A stretch of 64,000 nt of DNA from Blepharisma stoltei ATCC 30299 (lineage: Eukaryota > Protista > Ciliophora), in the NCBI GenBank assembly GCA_965603825.1, contig CBFDEM010000063.1:496227-560226 (forward strand), given 5' to 3'. The notes under the pieces were generated by a model. That model was not told where the DNA came from and ran no database searches. It saw nothing but the letters and a program-made list of their open reading frames with translations. Shown one piece after another: positions 50,560-61,506 of this stretch (position 1 is the first letter of the stretch; each line of letters begins with the position of its first letter). The translations under genes were made by a program, and so were the position numbers.

Positions 50560-51981
50560 TTTTAAAGAAAATTATTCTCCTATTGGTAACTGCAATTTTA
50601 TTTGAAGCTGCTGATCTGTTTCATTGCATAGTTTTCTTATAAATTCATCAGGCTCTGTATGGCAAAAAATTAATTTGTTTCCTCTCACAAATTGTCTTTT
50701 AAAGAATAAGAATTGCTTTTTCATTTTCAGCACTCTTTTAATGAGATAAATCCAATATTACAAAAATGAATATCGGGATTTTTATTTATCAGAAAAACCT
50801 ATTAATTCATTTGAAAATTTTATCATTAAATATAAAATATTGTGCACTAAGACATAAGAGATTGCATAAGTAAATATTATTAACCGCATCAGAGTTATGA
50901 ATAAACAATTATAAGATATAAGATATCTCTAATATTAATTACTATTAAAGATAGGCAAGTTGATCATGATTACTATATGAAAATCGCTGGATCAAGAATA
51001 AGTGCTAGTTTTTTTTTTAATTTTTAGGTAGCCTCGTTTAAATCAAAAACGGGGTGTTGTATGGTCTAAATTTTAGATTGCCTAAGCACAATACCACTAG
51101 TCAGGAGTTAAAGGGTGGACTCAAGCACTCCTAAACCACCCTGCTGAAGTAGATATTTAATGGTTCATTTCGTCAAAACGGAAAAGCTGACCATTTAGGA
51201 TTTTGACAACGCATTTCATATTATCTAGTGGCTCTTGGCTATTTAGTTAAATATTGGATGATGCAAGATCAATATCATCAAATATTACAAGTTTAGTTTA
51301 AGTGAAGAATTATTGACTAAACTATTTTAAAATAACTGGAAAATAATAATTTTATAGACTATAATTAGTTAAGAGAATAAAGCAATTGGTAGGGTTTTTT
51401 TATAATGAGCTGACTTTTATAGAGCGCAATCATCTTGCTTTATGCCTGAACATTTAATATAGCTCATCTAATCTTTTAAAGCAACGCTAATTAAGATTAG
51501 AATGAAAATTAATTAATAAGAAATTTTCAGGTTTAGCGATTTTAATTATTTGGCTACTTAATAGAGGAATAAACGCAGGGTCTCCTTCTAGGAATGCTTA
51601 GAGCCTATAAACTTGCCATAGCTTAAATCTATACCAAACAGAAAATGGAGTTTATGATAGGATGGGTTTTCCATCTGTAAGAAAATGGTTGATAGAAATT
51701 TCGAGTAATCAGCTATAATTATATATAAAGAGCATATACTGAGCTGAAGGCTGATCAGCTCAGCATTACTGCTCTATTTGATTTAAGAAAAATCTTGCTG
51801 AATGCACATTCTTGAACGCATCCTCCCGCAAGGCACCCGCATCATCCGTGGGATGTAAACAACACTAGCTAAGAGGGCGGACCGATTTATCACATATGGA
51901 AATAGCCACTCGCTGCCTGCCACTCTTAATATTCAAAACGCCGCAATATAAGCAAAGATAAATATATAAATAAGAAACTAA

Positions 51982-53007
51982 ATGGAAAACAAAAGCCAAG
52001 CCAATTTACTTAGTATTCAACTCAACTCGGCCATAGAAGGTCTTAATGATGTTGTAAAACGAACCCAAAATCAAATAAGTCAAAACTATTCAAATAAACT
52101 ATTAACTATTCAAGACCTAAAAGCTAAAACATCTGAAATTTTAAGTAAAGCCAAGAATGATCCAGAAACAGAGCAAGATTTCAGAAGAATTTGCTCGCTA
52201 TATGAGACTCAGAGTTCTTCTTCTGATCAGTCACTTTTCCAAGCTTATCAAGAATATGTTGATGCCTATCGCAAAATCACTTCTCTTTATCTCATCGACA
52301 AAAATAATGAGAGAACTATTTTGACTATTTATGGCACTGAAAATGACAGAGAAGAGACCTGCGAGCTGGAAACTCCAGAAATGTTAGACCATGGTACATG
52401 CATTGCTCAACTTCCAAATGGCGAGCTATTCTGTTTTGGCAAATGGCAACCTTCTGGAATTGCATTCATATTAGATAGAAACCTAAAATTCCGTAGATTG
52501 CCATCTGGACCCGCTTATGGATGCCCATCGGCTATTTATTTCAACAAAAACGTTTATTGTTTTGGAGGAAGAAGCTATAATAGCTTTTCAACTCTATCTA
52601 GTAAATTTGACTTAGTTGGAAATAGGTGAATTAAATTAACTCCTATGCCAAGAGTTGACCTTTCTTGCCGTAGTGTAATATTTAATGGGAACGTTTTGAT
52701 TTCAGGCTGAGGAAAAAGAAATATATTGATATATTCAATTGATACTGACTCCTTCTCCACAACTCCTTATAACTTTCAACTTGATAAACTAAATATCCTT
52801 ATTAATGCAGAAGATAGGCTATATTTAATTGAGAGCCCGAATGGTTCAGTATATGAAAGTGAAATTGGAAACGAGTATGTTTGGGAAGCAATAGGAAACT
52901 CGATAATAAGTTTTTGGCCTTTCCGAGATTATTATTCATTTAATAAAGGAATAACAAATATGCCTATTGGCTCCTATAGCGAGAAGTTGAAAATTTTAGC
53001 AGAATAA
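51982..53007 (+). CDS. Kelch-like propeller protein (341 aa, 2 UGA-Trp)
   Basis: CIAQLPNGELFCFG, VYCFGG, GNRW(TGA)IKLTPMP; C-terminus diverges from paralogs. Confidence 0.82.
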
Positions 53008-54370
53008 ATAAATTCATATGCAAGATTTAATTGCATTTATAAATAAACTTCATCTAATAAATAAGTTTACTAGGATTCTTTTCATTCAATTATATACTTA
53101 TAATAAATAAAATTTCCATACAAAAATGATGATTGGGGATATCTTCTATCTTAAATTTTATTTAAAATTATAGAATTCATCAATTAGTAATAAATGAATA
53201 AAGAGATGTATACATTTCTTCTTGCTGTCTTTGCAAATGAACAATTTTTTTGTTTATTCTTAAGCGAAATAATTTTTATGAAATCTTTATTATTAATGTA
53301 ATTTCAATTCCAAAAATCTCAATGATAAATATTTGATCCAATTATAGATGATTTTAGAATAAACCTCAAAGCTTAATAGAATTAAGAAAAAAATTTATTA
53401 TAATAACAATTTTTTTACAAGCTACAGATATTATTCTCCAAAAAAAGGAGATTTTATATTTTCAATTTAACATGAAGATAATTGCTAGAATATATAATCA
53501 TTGCCACTTGGGCAAAATGGAATTATAATTTTAAGATATAATTATAAGCTTGAGAGCACACTCAAAGATAGAACATTATAAATTTCAATTGAGCAAAAGA
53601 AAACTAATTCGCATTTAAAAGACGATGCTTAAAAGACAATGAAAAGATTTATTAATAAATCATTATTAAAATTTTAAAAGGTTTATTAAATTTAAGCTTC
53701 AAAATGTTTTTGAGGTAAAAATTTCTTGATTAGTTTTATAATACGTAAGATATTTAATGCTCATCTCTATTAAAATCTAAACAGTATTTTTGCAATTAAA
53801 TCAATTTGTAATATCTTTCATTTGCACTTGATATGATATATATTAGCATTACCAATTTAAAATTAATTAAAAATAAATGGCACCTAATAAAAATAAGCTA
53901 TCTCATTTCAATCAGTAGAAATTGAGCCATCAAAATCTAAAAATCATTTAAAAAGAAATATTATTATCCTCTTCAAAAATATTCAAAATTATGACCTAGA
54001 ATTTAAACTCAATTTTTCTTAAAGGTCGCAATATAGATTTTTACCAACATCATTGAAGAGCCTTTACTTTGCATAGCAGTTGGTAAGGGAGACACAAAGA
54101 AACCCTTTCAAATCTGTGTATTTGCTGAAGCAAGTCAGAAAAACGGTATATAAGGATTATCAAGCCATCAAAAAATAATTATCTATTAAACGTTCTAAAA
54201 TTCTAAAATAATTGTGAAAGATTAGATTAATTTAAAATTCTCCAATAAGAGCCATCATGGATAAATTAGGCAATTTATAGCATTATCCTTCAATGATATA
54301 AAACTAAGACCAATTGCTTAAATTGTTGGAAAGATTTAATTATTTATCGAATATAAAAACAATGATAGCC

Positions 54371-57300
54371 CTATGGGAATCTAATAGCTTCTAAGCGCTT
54401 ATGAGTTGGAGAAATTTTTGATAATGAAATCTGGGAAGCTTTGCCAAAACTAAATGCAAACTTGAATAAATTCCCAGTGTCAGTCCCCTTTAGCCTAAAA
54501 AGCATGCTAGGATACTTTTTCTTTTGAACAAGCAACCCAATCGCTATAATAACACCTCAACCAAAAATTAGAGTCATTAAAAGTATAATTTCCCTGTTCT
54601 TGATATTAGCTATTAGGCCAGTCAAAGATAATAAAGCAAGCCATATAACCCCAATTATGCTCAGTCCTTGTCATCAACTAAATCTTGGATAATTGTAGGG
54701 CTTGAATTTGAAAATAAATACTGCATATGCAGACATAACTATAATAAATATTATCCCATGAACAATTTTAGATGATCTTTTGACACTTTGGTCTAGAACA
54801 ATCACAAAGGTTTGGATCACTGTTTTGGCCATAAAAAATAGAGGAACAGTTTTTACATGCAAATTAAGTTGCAGTTCTTGCCAAAGTGGGCGGCAATATA
54901 TAGCTAATGGCTCATATAATAGCAATGCCAAAACTGATAAGGCTGAATATATTAAATGCTCTTCTTTTCAACAAAAATAAAAGCAATCTTTAGCCAGAAA
55001 ACTATCAGTGAAATTGTCTCCAATTGATTGGTCGCATTGAAAAATATCAAGACAGATAGAAATAAATGGAATAAAGCACAGATTTCCTAAAATAGGCATC
55101 GTATAGTCAGAAAGCCATCTTAAAAAATTTAGCAGTCATATTGAGGGAAATTTCTCGTCAAGCTGCAAAAGCACAATCAAACAAAGAAGAACTCAGAGTC
55201 CAATTCCTGAGTAAACGCCATCTACAACTAATCAAAAGACTCCATTTTTCAGTTTTAAAGCATCTTCTAATTTCATAGAAAATACATCACTTAATTTTGA
55301 TAAAAAGGGACTGATAACTTTAAAGTCAGGACCCATTGATGCATATTGAAAAAATTCAATTGCAATACTACACCCCACAATTGCGTCTTCAATAGATATT
55401 TCTTCTCTTGTGATGAGAGGACTAACCGAAGTATTTCACCATTTCTTTCAAATATAAAGTGTGATGAGAATCATTACTAAAGCAACAAAAAAGCAAATTC
55501 CAAATAAAAGAACCCTTCCTTTCTCAAAAGTTCTAATTTCTTTCGCGGGAAATGGGCACCCAGAATCCTCATTTCTAAAGTCAGTTGGCTTCTTTGTAGA
55601 CCCATTGCCATAAATAATTGGATTTATAATAGAAATAACTTGTGAGCTGAAAGGTCGGAAATTGCCAATTGTGTATACCTGAGCGTTTCCGTCTTCAGAA
55701 GTCTTGGCACCTTGAATAATCAATCAGTCAACAATTCTATCATTACTATCTTTCTCTATACTTACTTTTCCAGAGCAGCCATCAAATCTCGTGCTTCTTA
55801 TTGCTTTCATTAATTTGCTCGGGTCAGTGTAATCATCCCCTCTATTGATCATATAATCTAATGCATTTGAAATCAAATAAGCTGCGTCTACATAATAGCA
55901 GGGTATAGGACTGGGTTCTGAATGATAAATAGAGATCATTCTATTGAACATATCCTGGCCGAATTTACCTGCTCAAGCATTACTTATAATTGAAAACATT
56001 GGAATCCCAACTTCCAATCGCTTGTATAAGTAGGTGTCATTAGTCGAAATTTGCGATAGAAGATCAGAATACCCTGCACAAATAACTAAATCCCCTTTTC
56101 TTACACCTAAATCATATAATAGCTCAAGAACATAGTTTCCCAATGGAGTCTGAACAATTAAAATTAAAAGTCTGGCTTGAGAATCAATAATTTTCTGTAA
56201 CAAATGTGTGTAATTTCTTAAGCCAGCTCTATCTAAATTTGGAGGAATAAAGCTGCTGTTATCTGGATTCACCAGCTTTAGTCCTTTGTATTCTGAATAT
56301 TGCATAATACTAGACAAAGCAGCATTGCCTCATGCATCATTTTGATATAGAACTCCAGCTGATTTTCAGCCCATACCTGCAATTAAAATTGGGTACTTTG
56401 AACAAATATAAGAATTTGACATCTGCACTCTTGAATACATAGGAAAATTTGATGTGGAACTTAGCAGGTCATCTGTATTTGTAGCTCCAACATTCGGGAT
56501 TGATATATTAAGTTCTTTGAATATCTGAAGAGAGCCGATCGCCACCTCAGAGGTAAAGCCAGAGATATGAGAAAGCCCAATCTGGTCTATATCTTTATTG
56601 AAACAATCTTTTGCAAAAGTTCGATTGAACACTGTGACTCCACAATCAAAATTAAAAAACTTAATTTGAAAGTGTTGTAAAATGTCATTTCCTTCATTGA
56701 TTTTGTCCTGAATGGCAAAAGCACCTCTGGCTGCTATCACTGCATTCTGATATGGAAGACTGCCAGGATTTGTTGTGCCAGCATTTATGCTCAAGTGAAG
56801 AACCTTTTTAGTGGGTATTGGTATTAAACTCTGTAACCCTGGGAATTCCAAGTCTCTAAATACTGTGACGCTATCATTCATGATTTCTCCAACTATTACC
56901 CTTTTGCCATTTTGAATATTCACTAGTGAAAAGTGGCAACGATTTTCAATTATTGAATCCAATAACTTTTTCAGGTCTCCAGATTCATTTCTTGCTAGAA
57001 GTTCAATAATTTGTATTATAGAGTGTTTAAAACTGTCTTCGGCTGAAAGGGTATATTCCTTGCCAATTTCTGTTATTATTAAAGAGCCATTATAGCTGCA
57101 GTTATAGCCACTCTCTTGATCAAGCAAGATTCCATTTCCACTTCCTAATAGCTTTTTATTTTTCAGCGAATTTTGAATTTCAGCTGATTGAAAAGATTCA
57201 GTAAAAAGGAAGTAGAAAGTTGAACCTGATGGAAAAATCACTTTATTTACAAATTCTTCAATGTTCGTCTCTGATTCAATTATCATAAATTCTATATTCT

Positions 57301-57802
57301 CATAATACTGCAAAATTGTTTCTTTTCAGTTTGATTTTAATATATTACTAAGGAAAATTCCTTGTGACCAATTAAAATGCTTTAAAATTGCTAAAAAGGC
57401 ATTTAGCAGCTCTGATTCAGAAGGAATAATAGAATAGGTTCATTTTGCTTGATAAAAAAGCTTATCTTGATAGACTAAATGAAGCATTGAATGCTCTTTA
57501 CAAATTTCAGAAATAGAAATCTGAACTCCAATCTCCTCAGAGAGATCTAATACCAGTGAGCTGCTTGCATATTCTAAAATGCAAGTTCTTAGAGAAGATA
57601 TATTGCATTCATGCCATTCTATTGATTTGAAAGATTGATAAATTTCTATCATAATCTCTTCTTTAAGGGCATTCTTAGAAGAATTATCTCGGGCCAAAAT
57701 AATTTCAATAGAGTAGCTTAATTTGATAAAAAGGAGTCATAGCAATAATTTGAGTGAAAGCAGTTGTCAGTAAAAAGTATGACCAAGTGAAAATTTCTCC
57801 AT
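54371..57802 (-). CDS. receptor-like protein: Venus-flytrap (ANF_receptor/PBP1-like) ectodomain + ~9 TM helices (1143 aa, 17 UGA-Trp)
   Basis: Six track ORFs join in one frame from ATG 57802 to TAG 54371-54373. LSSTSNFPMYSRV, GWKSAGVLYQNDAWG, F.GCSGKV.I....DR are PBP1 motifs; hydrophobic C-terminal third. Confidence 0.88.
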
Positions 57803-58747
57803 TGTTATTATATATATGCTTAGTATATGCATTTCTCCACTACTCAATCATAATTTATAGATGACTTTATTCCCCTATCTATGGCCAGATTAAATAGTTT
57901 AGGAATTTTATTTCAAGATTCTAGATGAAGGTAAAACTTTGAGAAAATCTTAGAACAGACATTAATATGATGTGTATTTATGGAGCTTAAAAATGAAATC
58001 ATACTTCTCTCAATTTTACTCTTTATTATCTATTAAATAAAATATCAAAAGAGTCTGCAAATTAATAAAAATATAGTGATTTTAACTCCAAGTTAGACAA
58101 GTTTAAGTTTTAATAAAGTCACCATCTACATACAAAAGAAGGGTAGGTTAATTAGTATGAATCATATAATTTTCCGTTAATCACGTCTCTATAGTAATAT
58201 TAGCTCTATAAGATAATAGCATCATATCCTATATATCTTTTATAGTTCAGTATACTAGAAATTCATTTTAAGAGGAGTTATATCTTTTATCCTACACATA
58301 ATACTTATTTTTAACGCCTTCTATATATCTTGATTTTTTAATTCATTTTCAAAAAGTTTTATTCAGTTTTTTAAATGTGCATTTTGTTTTAAATTATTTC
58401 CCTATATCCCATAAATTATAGTGTCCGTTTTGCTTTTTTAATGAGTCTGCGACTTTAATGCAAATCCTATATGTTCAATAGCAGCTTGAGCAGCACTATT
58501 AATGATCTAAGTTATAGATTCAAAGCTATTTGAATAGGCGTAATGGCCATCATAATGTTTTAGTTTCATTTCTGTTTTATTTTAGTAATAGATTCATCTT
58601 CCTTGGTGCGTTTATTTTAAAATTAGTATAAATTTGTAGCGTAAAAGTACAAATTGTGCTTTAGCTGTTACATTAATAAATCTATATATTATATATAATA
58701 ATAACGAGTTCAATGAAAATATTTTTTATTATTGATAAGATTAAGGA

Positions 58748-61029
58748 TTATAAACTCTTTGCTTTATTAATAGATTCCATAGCTTCTTCTCTTCTGCCTA
58801 ATTTTATAAGAGCATTTCATTTATTATAATAATAAAGCGCACAGTTTGGATCAATTCTAATAGCATCGCTGTAATACTTTGCAGCTTCTTCATATCTTTT
58901 TTCATTAAAACAAATAATTCCTATGCCATTATATGCAGGTGCACAGCTTGGATCAATTCTGATAGCTTCTTTATAGCAATCCATAGCTTCTTCACTTCTG
59001 TCTAACTCTCTAAGAGCAGCTCCTTTATTATAATAATAAAGTGCACAGTTTGGATTGATTCTAATTGCATCGTTGTAATGCTTAATTGCATCTTCATATC
59101 TCTTTTCATTTTTTAAGATAAGTCCTATGCAATTGTATGCATAATTATCATTTGGGTCAATTCTGATAGCTTTTTTATAGCATCCAATAGCTTCTTCTCT
59201 TCGGCCTAACGCATATTGAGCATATCCTTGATTTCTAAAATAATGTGCACAATTTGAATCAATTTTAATTGCATTCTTAAAATATTTTACTGCTTCTTCA
59301 TATCTCTTTTCATTACAAAAGATTTCTCCAATGCTATTGTATGCATATGCATCATTTGGATCAATTTTGATAGCTTCTTTATAGCATTCCATAGCTTCTT
59401 CTCTTCTACCTAACTCTCCAAGAGCATCTCCTTTTATTCGAAAATAAAGTGCACAGTTTGGATTGATCCTTATTGCATCATTGTAAAGCTTAATTGCATC
59501 TTCATATCTCTTTTCATTAAATAAAATAATTCCTATGCGATTGTATGCAAGTGCACAATTTGGATCAATTTTGATAGCTTCTTTATAGCATTCAACAGCT
59601 TCTTCTCTTTTACCTAACTCTCCAAGAGCATATCCTTTATTTCTAAAATAAAGTGCATCGTTTGGATTGATTCTAATTGCATCATTGTAGTGTTTTACTG
59701 CTTCTTCATACCTTTTATCGTTATAAAAGATATCTCCTATGCAATTGTATGCATATGCATCATTTGGATCAATTCTGATAGCTTGTTTAAAGCATTCCAT
59801 AGCTTCTTCTCTTTTACCTAACTCTACAAGAGCATATCCTTTATTTTTAATATAAACTGCAACGTTTGGATTGATCCTAATTGCAGCGTTGTAATTTTCT
59901 ACAGCTTCTTTAAATTTTTCTTGATTATAAAAGATATCTCCAATGCCATTGTATAAATATGCATCATTTGGACCAATTTTGATAGCTTGTTTAAAGTATT
60001 CCATAGCTTCTTCTCTTCTACCTGACTCTTCAAGAGCATATCCTTTATTAGAATAATAAACTGTATGATTTGGATCGATCCTAATTGCATCGTTGAAATG
60101 TTTTAGTGCTTCTTCATACCTTTTTTCATTATAGAAAATGTTTCCAATGCCATTGTATGCAGGTGCATAATTTGGATTGACTTTGATAGCTTCTTTATAG
60201 TATTCTATCGCTTCTTCTCTTCTGCCTAACTCTCCAAGAGCATTTTCTTTATTTGAAATATAAGCTGCGCAGTTTTGATCGATCCTAATTGCATCGTTGT
60301 AATGTTTTAGTGCTTCTTCATACCTTTTTTCATTATAGAAAATGCATCCTATACAATCGCTAGCGTATGCATGATTTGTATCAGCAATTCCAGCTTCTTC
60401 ATACTTGTATAATGCTGGCTGTAATATCTCCCATTCATTTTCAAAGTTCATATTATGCTTTTTCAATTTTAATTCCATTTCTTGCGGAATAACTCTAGAC
60501 TTTTCTTGGCGAAAGCTTTTTAAAACTGCATCAATTTGTCTTCCTATTTTACTGAATAACCTAATATTATTATTTGATATTTTTGCAAAAGTTTCTTTAG
60601 GTTTTCAACAGCTTCAAGAGGCTGCAAGGCTAACAAATTTAAGGCTGGATCTTTCTCTATTCTCGATAGTTTTTGTGCTTGCCAGATTTTTCCGGCATAG
60701 CTGCTAATTTTTGTAGAATCAGAGTCAATTTCATTTAAAACTTCCTCAAAAATTATTTTATAGCGACAAAGAATTTGAGTAAAGGAAGCAATTATATTAG
60801 CCTTCATTTCTTTAATTTTTGACTTTTCTTCAGAAAGAAAACTAAGGATTGCTTCTTTTGTGCCTTCAACAGGCTCTACAAAAATCGAGCTGAAATTATG
60901 AGGATTGCTGCTAGGTTGGCAATGCTTCACTATGTGTTTTTCGCAAGAATAAGTCGCAGGTGAAGTGCAGTTGCATGAAAGCTCAACCTCACTGTCGCAC
61001 ATAGGCTGATAGCATTTGATGGCGCTCAT
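58748..61029 (-). CDS. B-box-like Zn finger + coiled coil + ~15 TPR repeats; frameshift near 60596
   Basis: N-terminal ORF 60544-61029 is homologous to the 41096 N-terminus; TPR ORF 58817-60478 continues through TGA to TAA 58748-58750. Confidence 0.8.
58760..60360 (-). repeat. 204-bp (68-aa, two-TPR) coding tandem repeat, ~7.5 units
   Basis: Alternating AYN.IG.IF.NEKRYEEA and Y..NKG.AL.ELGRREEA units with high nucleotide similarity. Confidence 0.9.
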
Positions 61030-61506
61030 AATTTAAAATTTATAGTAGGGGACAATAAGTTAGTCACAAAGAGGTTGGCAAAATGGCGGATTCCAAAGAT
61101 CAAGCAATCGATTTGACTATAAAAATATTAAATGAAAGATGCTTAGTAGTCCTACAATTGGTAACTTTGATAATTTTTTAATTAAGAATTTTGGTCATTT
61201 GAACCTGATTCCAAAAGCTCTTCTATGCACTCCCTTGATTCAACTAGCATGGCTAGAGGGTGCTAGGACTACTCCCTTCTACTTGCTATTTTTTGACTAC
61301 TCTTTTGTGAAAAATCTAAGAATTCCCTTTAAACAGCTCCATAAAAATTCTATCAATGGCATGAGCCTTAAAAGGAAGCTTTAAATGCTTCCCGAAGTGC
61401 AGTTCACAGGATAAAGTTAAAGAAGAGGTGTACAGGCATGTATATATAATTATTATAATGACTGCTTATTAAAAACAAATTATTATTTAAATCTGCATTT
61501 TGTGGA

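Noticed and set aside
51047-51142. Telomerase RNA candidate
   Set aside because: No complete CCCTAACA template on either strand (only ACAACACCCC and CCTAAGCAC).
9101-57442. In-frame TGA as selenocysteine or as nonsense mutations
   Set aside because: TGA aligns with conserved Trp, not Cys, occurs in many unrelated intact genes, and swaps with TGG in a duplicate.
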